This document shows, in pieces, positions 27,436 through 39,862 of a DNA stretch of 64,000 nucleotides. This DNA comes from Haliotis cracherodii (lineage: Eukaryota): contig NW_027266308.1 in NCBI RefSeq assembly GCF_022045235.1, positions 43,338,001 to 43,402,000 of the forward strand, given 5' to 3'. Below the pieces are notes generated by a model. It did not search any database. It saw only the letters and a program-made list of their open reading frames with translations, and was not told the origin of the DNA. A program made the position numbers and the translations under genes. Each line of letters starts with the position of its first letter. Positions within the stretch are counted from its first letter, which is position 1.

Positions 27436-28633
27436 CATATAGTCACAGGTAGTTAGAGTCCGGAACACAGAGAGTCCGGGCAGTCGAGGTTAAACTGTAT
27501 TGATGATATCACATAATGATTTTACCATATTTTTGACAAATCGTGATTCTGTGTTTAAACTGTATGATATACACTAAGATGACTTACACTGACACCGCTT
27601 TGTGAAACGGAGCTCTGATCGATATAATCCCGCTAATCCAGACCCTGTCAATCCGGTTCGAACGAACGATTACTGATGAAAATCCCGTTTATCAATCATT
27701 GGGACAGTACAATATCATGACTCGTTAATCCGGTCGGTTACTCGGTACCTCCGGATTAACGGGGTTTTGCTGTATTTTTATTTTCAGCTGAATCTTATTT
27801 ACTCGTAACGACGAATTGCCTAGAAATGTGTGAAATGATGGTTTTCACGATGATCAGCTTTTACATCAAAATAATTAGAATACGTTTTGTTAAAGAAGGC
27901 ACCCGTTAGGGCGTGCAATTGGGCGGGACATTAAAAAATATGATCCCCATGTTATTAAAGCTAACATTAGGTCGCAATAAATATGAAAAAAATAAGTCAT
28001 TTCTCAAGATTCCCATCACGCACAAAAGCAACAATCGAGATTGTAGCGACCAAATCACCAGTGAAGATAACATGGGTTAGTGATTTAAGTCTATTAAGAT
28101 CATCGAGGCATTTTCTGTCTCCACTGCTAAGTGGCACTTGTACACTTTCCCTCGATTCATGAGTAAATCTGATAGCTTAAATGCAATACGATCTTCTTAC
28201 GCACCGAATGCGACAATAAAACAACAATAGCATCGGTTCGTGTTGCATTTAAAAGCGGAAATTGTTAGAACTCTTTAGGATCCCTTACCGTGGCTATGTG
28301 ATGACGTCAGACCTGACTTCGCGAAATGCTAATTCGGCAGCAGCGATGGCGTTTCAATGTTAGAAGGATTAATCAGTTTTCACAAGGATGGCGATAAATT
28401 CAGTTTCTGTTTGTAAATTATGTATGCGAGTCTGTATTACGGTATAAAGCAAATTATACTATTCATGCGGAATATTTTGATGAGGAAAACGGCCATGGAT
28501 CTGATATCATGATATTAATGTTTGTAATTATGAAGAATGACTTATGTTGCTTCTGAGCCGCTTTAACCAGTGTGGGAGACATGTTACAACAGATAACATA
28601 TTGTACCAGTGTTGAGAGTCGAACCAAGGACCA

Positions 28634-28733
28634 GGGGTAGCCTAGTGGTTAAAGCTTTGGCTCGTCACGCCGAAGACCCGAGGTCGATTCTTCACATGGG
28701 TACAATGTGTGAAGCCCATTTCTGTTGTCCTCG
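28634..28733 (+). mobile_element. family C tRNA-derived SINE, 5' part
   Basis: GGGGTAGCCTAGTGGTTAAAGC...CGTCACGCCGAAGACCCG...CACATGGGTACAATGTGTGAAGCCCATTTCTG. Confidence 0.85.
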
Positions 28734-28851
28734 ATGTGCTTTTATGCATCATCCACCAATACGAAAATATAGTTTAAACATGTAAAGGATGAAAGTAAAC
28801 ATAGCGTAGACACACACATACATAATTGTTTTTGTCACACACACACATAAT

Positions 28852-29005
28852 TGTTTTTGTTTGTTCTTTAACGCCGCACTCAGCAATATTTCAGCTATAT
28901 GATGGCTGGCTGTAAAAAATCGAGCCGGGGCCAGGCAGTCCAGTGAATGACATCATGAGCATCGATCTTCGCAATTGGGATACGATGACATGCATCCATC
29001 AAGTC
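28852..29005 (-). mobile_element. family A, 5'-truncated copy
   Basis: TTTAACGCCGCACTCAGCAATATTTCAGCTATATGA...GCAATTGGGATACGATGACATGCATC matches 11941-12090. Confidence 0.85.
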
Positions 29006-29027
29006 TGAGAGTCTGCTAAAATATGTA

Positions 29028-29028
29028 T

Positions 29029-29075
<47 letters not shown>

Positions 29076-29076
29076 C
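29028..29076. repeat. (CAA)n microsatellite
   Basis: Directly visible. Confidence 0.97.
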
Positions 29077-29138
29077 GTACTAATAATTAAGCGAGCGAAT
29101 TGGACTACAGCTCGTAACCAATATTTCATTTGCCTGCG

Positions 29139-29416
29139 GACCGCCATCATGGTCAAGTGGACGGAGTTCCTGCCCAGAGAGCAGAAGGTCGTTGGTTCAA
29201 TCCCCGGTGGCGTCTTTAAAAACCCCGTTAAAATATGGTACTTGTTGTTACCATGACAGGCGTTCGTCATTGAGGGGATAAAACATTGACTGGTTAGCTA
29301 GGATTCAGTAAAATGTGACTGAGTGGATTATCCATGTTAAACCACATACATTTACACGCACGCACGCACGCACGAACGTACGCGCGTGACGTTGAACCCC
29401 ATTTTACCTCATCTCA
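29139..29416 (+). mobile_element. family B SINE, diverged near-full-length copy
   Basis: GACCGCCATCATGGTCAAGTGG head, ATGGTACTTGTTGTTACC body, (GCAC)n segment and GACGTTGAACCCCATTTTACCTCA tail. Confidence 0.8.
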
Positions 29417-29459
29417 TTGGCCAGCAAAGTGGAGATTGTCTTCATACCAAAGTCCAGCG

Positions 29460-30020
29460 ACAGAGCATCGATCCACGTCATCGGGCAACGAGTCTTTCTG
29501 TCACATTCGAAATTATTATTGAGCGCTTTCACCATTCAACATAGCACCCTCTTTCCCAATTCTTGTTAACTATTTACATAATCCACCGAGCTTCGATCGA
29601 CGTCAACGGGCAACGAGTCTTTCTGTCAAGTCAGAATTCAGCATAGCAACCATTTCCCAATTCTTGATAACTTCTCACAACATCTACTGAACTTCAATCC
29701 ACGTCATCGGGCAACCAGTTTTTCTGTTATTAGAATGATTATTGTGCGCTGTCATCATTCAGCATGGCAACCCTTTCCGAATTCTTGTCAACATCTCACA
29801 ACATTCACTGACCTTCGATCCATATCATCGGGCATTCTGTCATATTATAACTAGTATTATTATGATAACGCTCTTTAATCATTTAGCATGGCAACCCCTT
29901 AACACATGATCTTACTTTTTCTAACACCCACTGAGCTTCAAGCCACGTCATCGGGCAAGGACTTTTTTTGTCATAAGACAATTATTATGATGCCCTATCA
30001 TCACTCATCATGGCAAACCC
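29460..30020. repeat. diverged ~120-bp tandem repeat (5 units)
   Basis: GAGCTTCGATCCACGTCATCGGGCAAC...TTCAGCATRGCAACCC recurs at about 29463, 29588, 29689, 29809 and 29933. Confidence 0.85.
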
Positions 30021-31364
30021 TCCCCCCTCAATTCATTTTTCATAACATCATTCAGGTCCAGCTCCAGTTTATTCATAAATTATTATTATGAACATCATAC
30101 TACATGATGATGCGGAGACATCGGACTGATGTACATGTTCGTGTCTGTACCAGACCACCACTGGTACCATCCGTATAACGAGGAAGTAGAAACTTGAAGA
30201 ATGTCACAAACATGATGTGCTAAACTATCGTAAATGCCACTTTTATAACGCCTTTTGTCGTACAAGTGAAAAATACGACTTGAGGTTCAAACCGTTGCTT
30301 CTGGGTAATTTAGCTTAGTGTTCGAATGGGATGTCAACATGAAAATATGTTCGAAATTTACATAAACACTCTAAATTGAAGAGCCTATATGCAAATGCCT
30401 CTTGGAACACTTCACTAAGTCGTAATGGCGTGACCATGGCGCGACGTTCACCTCATTGGACTTGTCCTGTTCCCATCAAACGCGTCCTATTTCCCATTTA
30501 TTATTGAGATTTAAAAGGAAATGAGTGATTTTGCTGTCTCCATCCATCTCGCAGAAGCATCTTCGCTTGGATGTTCCGACATCGCAACAATTCTTGCGGT
30601 CTATGCAAATGACACCGAAAGGCATACATATCCGATCGCAGACGACTTCCGCTATCCGAAACTGCTCCGCAGAGAATGCGCGCAAGCAATACGATACGTT
30701 AATAGAAGTCGCGCGACTAACTTTACGAGAAGGGAACACGGAACTAAGGAAACGGGCTGTGCATTGTCAGATTGCATTTCAACCCAGCTTCTGATGGAAG
30801 GATCGATTCATGGTTTGTCTCAAGTAGGATGACACCTTCTTTTGCCGTTTTGTGTCACGGCAATTTAGAGCTGTGTGAAAGTGGTCAAGCTGTAGTTTTA
30901 CGTCGCACTTGTCACCAGGCACAATAGTATTGCATAAAATGTTATCCCTTAATTGCCGGAATCACTGGTTGATTCTTTGTCCGTGTAGACACATGTCTGA
31001 TCTGCACGGTGGAAATAGACTGTCGACGTCTTGCAGCCGACGTCTTGACAACGCCAACGTCGGCACTGCCGATATGTGTCACCAAGGAGAAGAAATAGCT
31101 TAATTAATAAACTAACATTCGTGTCAGTTAGGTGTATCACTAAGAGGATGAAACGAAGGAGTTGCGTCCCTTTGTTTTTACATAATGTTTGCTATTCATT
31201 GTGAATGACCTGGATCTACAAACGGATTAAATAAATGAACTAAATTATTATGTTTATTTAGATGGAAGGATTTCAAAATACTAAAATCCTCATAAAAACG
31301 ACAGAAAACTTTTCCCTAATCATACAAAATCTCAGTCCATGCATTGTACAATCCTAACTGTACC

Positions 31365-31615
31365 ATTGGTATGTGTTTACAACTATCAGATAGTGACACT
31401 ACCAGGTGTTCCCGAAAAGGTGGGCATACCCTGACCCACCCGTGGCACTCGTTGCAGACATGCAAAGGCAACTCAAAATCAACTGAAAGGGGCGTTTATT
31501 CCGGGATCTGTCCAGGAACTGTGCCTTGGAACAATGATGCTGAGACGGATACATAGTGGTAAAGTTGCAAGGGCTATTGTGGTGCTATTTGTGTACAACA
31601 TCTTCAAGACTTATA
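31365..31615 (-). mobile_element. Naiad-type Penelope-like element 3' remnant (family E)
   Basis: Minus-strand motif ACGAGTGCCACGGGTGGGTCAGGGTATGCCCACCTTTTCGGGAACACCTGG is homologous to 44993-45043, and the flanks are shared. The Naiad assignment is from recollection. Confidence 0.5.
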
Positions 31616-31865
31616 AGTGACATATAGAAGCTGTAGTATCAACGAAGGGAGGATAGGTGTATGGATTTCATAACCTGTGAATTGCAATGCTTTGTTTCGG
31701 TTCAGGTTTTACAATAATAATTTGCGTTAACGTTTCAGGTTTTGAAAAAAAAAGACGATATGGAGACATGTCTAACCGCATCTAGCAACAACAATTCACC
31801 TCATTGGCTCTTCACATGAACAACCACAAGTACGGGCAGTGGGAAGGGAGTGGCGTGGGGTGAAC

Positions 31866-32772
31866 TCGGTCTCCTCATGTTAACCCGATCTTATCATGTT
31901 AACCCAGTCTCCGTGTTTACCCGGTCTCCTCGTGTTTACCCGATCACATCATGTTAACTCAGTCTCCGTGTTAACCCGATCTCCTCGTGTTTACCCGATC
32001 ACATCATGTTAACTCAGTCTCCGTGTTAACCCGATCTCCTCTTGTTAACCCAGTCACCGTGTTTGCCCGATCTCATCATGTTAACCCAGTCTCCCTGTTT
32101 ACCCGGTCTCCTCGTGTTAACCGAGTCTCCTTGTGTTGACCAAGTCTCCGTGTTTACCGGATCTCATCATGTTAACCCAGTCTCCGTGATCACCCGGTCT
32201 CCTCGTTTTAACCCGATCTATTCATGTTAACCCAGTCTCCTTGTGTTAACCCAGTCTCCGTGTGTTAACCCAGTCTCCGTGTTTACCGGATTTCATCATG
32301 TTAACCCAGTCTCCGTGTTTACCCGGTCCCCTCGTATTAACCCGATCTCCTCGTGTTTACCCAGTCTCCGTGTTTACCCGGTCTCCTCGTATTAACCCGA
32401 TCTCCTCGTGTTAACCCAGTCTCCTTGGGTTAACCCAGTCACCGTGTTTCCTCGATCTCATCATGTTAACCCAGTCTCTGTGTTTACCCGATCACATCAT
32501 GTTAACCCAGTCTCCGTGTTTACCCGGTCTCCTCGTGTTAACCCGATCCCCTCGTGTTTACCCGGTCTCCTAATGTTAACCCAGTCACCGTGTTTTCCCG
32601 GATCTCATCATGTTAACCCAGTCTCCTTGGTTTAAACCAGTCACCGTGTTTTCCCGGATCTCATCATGTTAACCCAGTCTCCGTGTTTACCCAGATCTCT
32701 TCGTTAAAACCCGATCTCCTCGTGTTAACCCAGTCTCCGTGCCCAGTCTCACCATATTTACCCGATCTCCTC
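31866..32772. repeat. complex 17-19-bp minisatellite with GTT(A/T)ACCC core
   Basis: Interleaved units GTTAACCCAGTCTCCGT, GTTTACCCGGTCTCCTCGT and GTTTACCCGATCTCATCAT. Confidence 0.93.
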
Positions 32773-32937
32773 AAGCCGGACTCGATGCCTGGAAACTTAT
32801 AACTCTTACCTACCTGGAGGTTCAAATATTGAAATTTCCTCGCATCGAATTCTCAATAAATCTGAAAACACATCATCTTCATATATGTCAACTCAATTCT
32901 AACTTCTTTCAGTGGCATTTAGAAGTATTGCAATTAG

Positions 32938-32975
32938 TGCGACGTTTCGGTCGATCCTAACACCTTTATCAAGCA
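32938..32975 (-). ncRNA. minimal hammerhead-like motif (U3-A8 variant) in a PLE pseudo-LTR remnant
   Basis: Minus strand: TGC-TTGATAA-A-GGT-GTTAGGATCG-ACC-GAAAC-GTC-GCA. TATATA lies ~30 nt upstream and AAAGAAGTT downstream, the same layout as the 26-kb element. Confidence 0.6.
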
Positions 32976-33035
32976 AGTGATTGATAGTGCTGAACGTCAT
33001 AGGTATATATACTTACTAACATCAATGTAAAGCGA

Positions 33036-33112
33036 TTAAGGCGTCGAAGACCTGGTTGGAGTCCCCACATGGGTACAATGTATGAAGCCCATTTCTGGTG
33101 CCCCCCCCCCCC
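33036..33112 (+). mobile_element. family C SINE fragment
   Basis: CGAAGACCTGGTT...CCCCACATGGGTACAATGTATGAAGCCCATTTCTGGTG. Confidence 0.8.
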
Positions 33113-33944
33113 TTGAGTATGTGGCATTTACAGAATAATCAATCATAAGAAATCTTCGTAGAAAGAGCATGCTCGATCGTACCTCAAAAGTTGTGAGATA
33201 TAGACTCCAACGGCTGGAACTGCTGGAATATAGCTCGACATGAAGGGAATGGGGACTGTCATACAGTCTAGCCTTGCTCCAAAGCTGTACTGAAAGAATA
33301 GTCCATGGATATGTAGTAATTCTATCCTCCTAATAGGCTAGATATGTGGACAGTACAAGGACCCAAGTCTCTTACAGGGACAACTTGATCTTATTTATAT
33401 AATCTAGATATTTATTAATCTAATATGTATGATTTAAATAACTATTGCCTTATAGACTTGTGCAAATCTACACACAGTCTTTTGTCACACTGAATCTCTA
33501 TGCATAGATCTTAATATGAAACAGATGAGGCGGTTTCTCCTTTTTTTCTATCTTGGGTGGGTAAATCAGTGGAAAAGAATTTGAGGATATGAAATCAGAT
33601 CATCGATATAACTGAAGCGTAAGTTAAACTTAATCACATTCCTTTATATTGATATCCCAATCTTACTCGTACGCATAAACAATTGTCTGCCTGTCTGCTC
33701 ACTTGTCTGTTAAACACCCAAACTCTATCAAATAATGGCAAGTGGGGTTTCTAAATGCTTAGTTTTCCTCTAATAATAAACTTACAATATATGATATAAA
33801 TGAATTCGACAAAAAAATCATAATCATAAGAAATTTCTACCGAAAGTAGGGTCCTTGTTCGACCCCCGCCATATCATGAGCATGTGTTTCTGAATCAATA
33901 ACACGTTTCACAAAGCCCCCGACGGAGCCTTGGTTAGTCCTGCA

Positions 33945-34122
33945 CCATGACCGTGGAATATATTTATTTTATGAAAAAGAAATCTAGAAATGCATACAAA
34001 AGCAAGTCTAGCTCTATTCCATACACATTCCACACACTCTGAAATCAGCAAAGGTATTTTTTTTATTTTTAGAGTCAAGAAGGATATTGTGTAATATAGG
34101 ATTTCAGAGACTAAATGTTAGT
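33945..34122 (+). repeat. unclassified dispersed repeat (second copy 57079-57275)
   Basis: TGACYGTGGAATATAT...TTTTATGAAAAA...TTTTAGAGTCRAGAAGG...GATTTCA.AGACTAAA.GTTAG is shared by both loci. Confidence 0.75.
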
Positions 34123-34194
34123 CTAAACCTTGGTGTTCAGGAGCGATGTAAGATCTTCAGGCCACGACAACCTCACGCTCTGATCAGTAGTATC

Positions 34195-34348
34195 ACGTGT
34201 TAGCTTACCGTGTGGGAACCCCCAAACAAGGGTAAGGAAGTGACAAACCAACTATCGTAAACAAGGCGAATCAGGGATTCGAACCTGCGACCACAGCTAA
34301 TTCGGCGTGATGTGTGAAAGCATTTACCACTAGGCTACCGCACCGCCC
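34195..34348 (-). mobile_element. SINE with family C-type head and family D-like body
   Basis: Minus strand GGGCGGTGCGGTAGCCTAGTGGTAAA...CACGCCGAA (C head), then GGTTCGAATCCCTGATTCGCC...GGTTTGTCAC (D-like). Confidence 0.6.
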
Positions 34349-34796
34349 AAAATCTGTGAACGAGTTAATCAACACGTACATGTATGTAAATGCAAATACA
34401 ATCCCGTGATATCATTGAGATCCACTCAAGCATGGTCGCTACTCGGCGTTTTACAGCTGTTATCAGAAACCTAGTAACTGAATAGATGTCCTTAATACAA
34501 ACAGTAGAAGGGAATTAGTGAGTTTTCACTCAGATGGATTAAAGAGATTAACCATGTAACAAAGTAGCATCCGCCGTGACTTGAGATCACTCAGGACATT
34601 GGGAGTAATTAGCATAAAGGCACAATTTAGGTAATAAAACAATATCGTATGTTTTGCACAGCATGTAGAACGTTACATTGTGACTGACAATGATGAAATG
34701 ACGACTTCATCCCTATATGACCAAATCGATTGTTTCCCTATATATGACCGGGTTCATATTGAAAATACAAATTTGGAGTCAGGGCAAAGTGCATGC

Positions 34797-34800
<4 letters not shown>

Positions 34801-34859
<59 letters not shown>
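34801..34859. repeat. (CT)n microsatellite
   Basis: Directly visible. Confidence 0.98.
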
Positions 34860-34861
<2 letters not shown>

Positions 34862-35361
34862 AGCTATTTATCGTGTGCATAGAGACAAAGAGTCGAAGTA
34901 GGAATATGATGCATATATTATCATAAAAATACAATTATATTATCTCATATGAATAACAAGCGATATATTACAATTGATAAACATTAAAAATCATGAAGCC
35001 GCAACTAATTACAGGTGTGGTTACAAAATGTATAATATTTATCAGGGAATCAATTATTTAACAGATAACAGAAATAATTTTACCAGAGATTACAACTGGA
35101 TGAAATATTTTTTGTTGCCATTGGATGGTTTACATGGAAGAATTTACATGCGTACAGAATATAGTGTATTCAGGTTATGCGTTTTTCACAACTGCCATTG
35201 CATATGTTCCTTACAAAGATATGTTCATCATTAGGTTGGTGTAAGTGTGATGTTTTAGAAATGACAATTTGGTTTACAGTGAACTCAAAGTCCTGGAAAC
35301 CATCGAAGTTTGTCGAGTTGTCCTTGTTACCGGTCTCGTCCTGTGACTGATCTCATGCATA

Positions 35362-35625
35362 GGGTCACGGGTGGCCCATTCGTCTAAGGCGCCGCAATTT
35401 GCTGTTCAGAGTTGAGCGTCCCTAATGTATGCCATGAACCTATGATTGTGGGTTCGAATACCTTTACCCCCGATTATGTTTCTGTGTTTGTCAGGATCAT
35501 ACTCGTATCGTGGGTTTCACCAACGTGATACACATGTGAGAACTTCGTGTTATCTTCCAACATCAAATTGACATACTGTGATATAACTGAAATACTGTTC
35601 AAAGGGGTGATTAACCCAACTCAGC
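35362..35625 (+). mobile_element. family D tRNA-derived SINE
   Basis: Colinear with 42447-42722 from GGGTCACGGGTGGCCC to GATATAACTGAAATACTGTT...AACCCAACTCA. Confidence 0.85.
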
Positions 35626-35709
35626 CACTTCTTTTATCATGATCAATGATGTTAATGATGTTAAACTGTATCAAAAGGACAATCAAACATTATGTTTCGG
35701 TGTTAAGGC

Positions 35710-35984
35710 GACCCGTGAAGATCCGGGATAGAATGGGTCTTCAGCAACCCGTGCTTGCCGTCAGAGGCGACTTTTCTTGTCGTAAGAGGCGACTAATGGG
35801 ATCGTGTGGTCAGGCTCGCTGACTTGGTTGATGCATATCATCGTATCCCAATTGCGTGGATCGACGCTCATGATGTCAATCACTGGATTGTCTGGTCCAC
35901 ACTCGATTATTTACAGACTGCCGTCATTTAGCTGGGATATTGCCGAGTGCGGCGTTAAACAACAGACAAACAAACAAACAAACA
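35710..35984 (+). mobile_element. family A, full-length copy with duplicated hairpin module
   Basis: Starts GACCCGTGAAGATCCGGG, has two tandem CTTGYCGT.AGAGGCGACT units, and ends in (CAAA)n. Confidence 0.9.
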
Positions 35985-36229
35985 GCCTTAGACTCAAATA
36001 CAATTAATACATCTGAGATAATCTGAACACTCTGAGCGCAACAGCAAATATGTACAATTATGAATATCGGAGATTGATGACATCTTTAATGTCATTTGCT
36101 CAATATTTTAGAACGCTTACATCAGAGGACTGCAAATAGTATGGTCACTGGAATATCAACACAATCCCCGGCATATCTATACAATATTAATTTCATTTTT
36201 GATTACAAGTAAGTAACATAATAGCCCAA

Positions 36230-37530
36230 ACCTAAGTGTCTCATCCTTGCCCGTTCTTCCTCCTATTTATGCATAATTTCCAATTAACCAAACCTTAAGG
36301 TAAGCATACGTCTATTTTCAATTGAGAATAAACTCAACAAGAATGGCCCTAATGTGAACGAATACAACACTGAATACACTTCTAAGTTTAGAATACCAAG
36401 TCTGTGTGAGACAATCGTTTAAAGCAACGAATAAGTTCATTTAAGAACCATTCAGTCTCACCAACACCCTGAGATTCCCAAACAAACCCCAAACCAAAAG
36501 AAATAATATATTCTTGATATGTGAAGCCCATGTTTTTCTCCCGACTGCATCTAGTTTAACTAACATAATCTTAACACTGTCTGGGATGTATGTCACGAGG
36601 GATAAGAGGAGTTTAAACCAGTATTTCAAACATCTAGTGACAGAATCAACATAAATATCAAAACGACCACATTTGAAACCTTTATAACCAACTCCAAAAA
36701 CTAATTAACAATACAGTACTTGAAAAAGTATGAGAAACAAACATTTTATGAAATCTCTGAACCATAAAAAAGTAAAGGTTTAATATGAAGGTCAAACATT
36801 GTGAACAATAGCTTTGGAGAAATTTTGTTTTATAGCAACCAGGGTTTTACAAGATTTTGACACAATGTCTAAACAGTTTTCGATCAACACAATCTTTGTT
36901 AAGATTTTTTTCCTAAAAAGCTATAATTTGTAAAAACCTTGACAGACATGTCCCCAAGCTTCGACGTCTCGTTATTTAACTTGCCACCATTTCTAAGCAT
37001 TAAAACTTCAGCTTTGTCGAGATTAACGTTTAAACCCTCTATTTTCCTCTGCAATTCGAGAACCGTATCTGAAAAAGCACAAATCGTTAGCATACAAAAG
37101 CAAATATAATTCAATTAAATCATGGTGAAAACATTCCCCTGCCTCCAAACTGTGTTTGGATATCATTCTCCAACTGATTGATAAAAAGTGAAAACAAAAG
37201 ACGACTTATAATGCAGCCTTGTCTAGCACCACGGAAACATTAATTGAAATAATCCGATTAACTGTTCGTTGAAACTAAAGTCGAAGATGAAGTTTACAAA
37301 TAAATATCCTTTCTAATAGAAAATATTTTCCCATGAAATCCGTTCAAGTGAAGAGCAAACCAGAGCAGACCCCTATTAACTTGATCGAAAGTCTTCTGGA
37401 AATCTACAAACAGGCAGTAAGACCCTTTGATTTCCACAAATATTTCCGAACTAGAGATTGCAGTACAAATGTATAAACATATTATCCACTCTATCCTAAC
37501 CAATTACGGAAACCTGCCTGACATTCTGAG
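36230..37530 (-). mobile_element. decayed non-LTR retrotransposon ORF2 (RT domain; RTE-X-like or related clade)
   Basis: Minus-strand motifs in RT order across frameshifts: SECQAGFR (~37506-37529), YCLFVDFQKTFDQVNRGLLW, GARQGCIISRLLFSLFINQL (~37170-37233), LLYAND (decayed YADD, ~37083-37100), NVNLDKAEVL, CGRFDIY...KYWFKLL, TWASHIKNILF. Confidence 0.9.
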
Positions 37531-39862
37531 AGCTCATCAATAACTCAACGAACTATTTAAAGCTGTTATTTAGAACCTTCGGGGACCTGAAATATACATT
37601 TATCAAAATTATGTTTCTTAATTACACAATATTTGTAAATTATTAAAATAATTATTGATTTTTAGTGAAACAAAATCTCTTAACGAAATATATAAAAGGC
37701 AAATATTTATGACATGGTTTTCCTCTGCGAGGATGTCACCTGTTACAGAGGGTATCCTCTTCATCTCTTCTGTATCCCAAATGTGTTACATCCACTATAA
37801 AATTATTATTTTTTTATGAAGATGGAATGTAAGCATTTTAAAACTAATTTAAAAAACACCCAATTCCAATATTGATATTTCTTCTCTGTCAAAGTATTTT
37901 GATAAAATATTGCTGTTTACATTCGTGTACAAGCATTCACACATACGCTATCCTGAAGAAATCTTCAGATGTGAAAACTGGAAAAAATACGCGGAAGCCC
38001 GGAGTGGCAGTAGCTGCACTGGTGCCCTAAGCATTATCAAGCCATTTCCTTGTATGTTTAGAAAACATGCACACATTTCATCCATCCCCAAGGCGAGGGA
38101 AGGCCCAGTACTTTCAATTATTTACCCAGGGACACCCGTGTATTTGTTCTAGCATTTATATCTCGTGTCTGACTGCTACAACTTGTATCATATGGTCCCG
38201 CCCGCCGTTGGAGACGAGATGGCGTTTTCATCAATACGCCGATGTACAGATAAGTACGGTTAGTTTACATCCCAAAGGGGCTAATTAAAACACTCAGCTT
38301 AACTCATCACTTTCGTGTCTTTGTTCGGATCCATATTCCAACTGTGAGGTCCTTCTAGTCTTACTTACACATGCACCCCATGTTTGACATCATGGGTTAT
38401 TCAAAACTAGGGATCGAATTTGAGGATACGGATAAAGATGTATAATGATATCCCCAAAACAAAGGGGGGCCTTCTGGGTATTCGCAACTATGTAAATAAC
38501 AGAGATGGAAAGGATAAACAATAAAGAAATCCCAATCGTGGAAAAATAAAGACATGAGTTTATGTTAGAGAACGGTGTTTGGTGTCGTAATTGAGTAAAA
38601 GTTCCAAGTGAGAAAGCATTTTTGAATTGTTTTCCTATCTTCCAAAGATCACCATTCCTAAAGTCAATGGGAACATACTTTCCATTCTTCATGTTTTTGT
38701 GGGAAATCTATCTTTCCAGGCTCTACATTAAGGTTAAATTGGACACTTAAATTGTTCAAGATCCTGAAACAATAGATATAACACTTAGGAAAAATAATGA
38801 ACAAATTCCACAGCGAGACATATCGGTTAGCAAAATATTTTGAAAAACAAGAATAACATTTTTCAAACAGAAGTCAGATAAAGGCCTTTTAAGCCACAAA
38901 TTTACCATTTTTATAACGTATTAAGACGGCACTTAGAAAATATTTACCAATGATAAATATTCTTTATCGCTTATCGTGTAAATCTAAACAAAATGTCAAA
39001 TTCGTAAATGTTGATAATCTGAACAGGTAGTTAGTACATTTGATCCGCTTCAGTAGAACCCATCAACCCTCTTTAAAATTTCTATTTTAACAAAGTGCCT
39101 CTATGAAATTTTCAATGACGATCGTTCAGACAGGGAGTCTAGGATTCCAATCACTTGTTTATCGCCTGAAACAGAATAGCACCGACAGAAATGATCCTAG
39201 TAAGGATAAGCCATACTTGGACAATTTAAATGCATGGTATATGTCGAAGGGATACCATCTTGCCTTTTGGGAAAAATATGGGTTGTACTAATGTATAGAG
39301 TTATTCTGAATAGCAGATTGCCCTGATCATCTGTGCAGTAAACGCGATGGGTCTAAGTAGTTGTAATGTAAGACGTATATCTAGTCTGAAAATGTCATTT
39401 AGACCATTCAAAGGTTTTTGGGTTGAAATTCAAGAAGCCGTTAAAACACATGTAATAGCGCTGTGGCCAGGAATACTTATACCATAAGTGTGCAGTTGTA
39501 CATTGCGACTTAAAAAGGTGTTGACCTGCGAACTTAAACATGCTGCAAACATTAACTCCGTTCTTCTGTGAACACGCTGATTGTTTATGTCACGTTCAGG
39601 ATAATTATATAAACCTATAATGTGTTTAGAAATGGCTGGTTATTTTAGGTTTTAATAATTTAAATGGGATATTGATGAAATAACACTTATGCTTCACCAT
39701 CCATCCATCGTACCGAAGACGGAAACCCTTTCCATATTCGTGAGAAATCGCTGCCCAAAACAGAGTCGATTGTATGTTTCTGACGATATCATGAGCATGT
39801 GTTTATGAATCACTATCAAATAGCGATGATACCAGTGAAATGGTTACTTGACAAAAATACAC

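Noticed and set aside
31866-32772. Interstitial telomeric repeat
   Set aside because: TAACCC occurs singly within longer units and never in tandem.
35710-35803. Assignment of the family A head as a canonical HDV-like ribozyme
   Set aside because: CTAA after a hairpin resembles J4/2, but I cannot build the P1-P2-P3-P1.1 order, so it is left unclassified.
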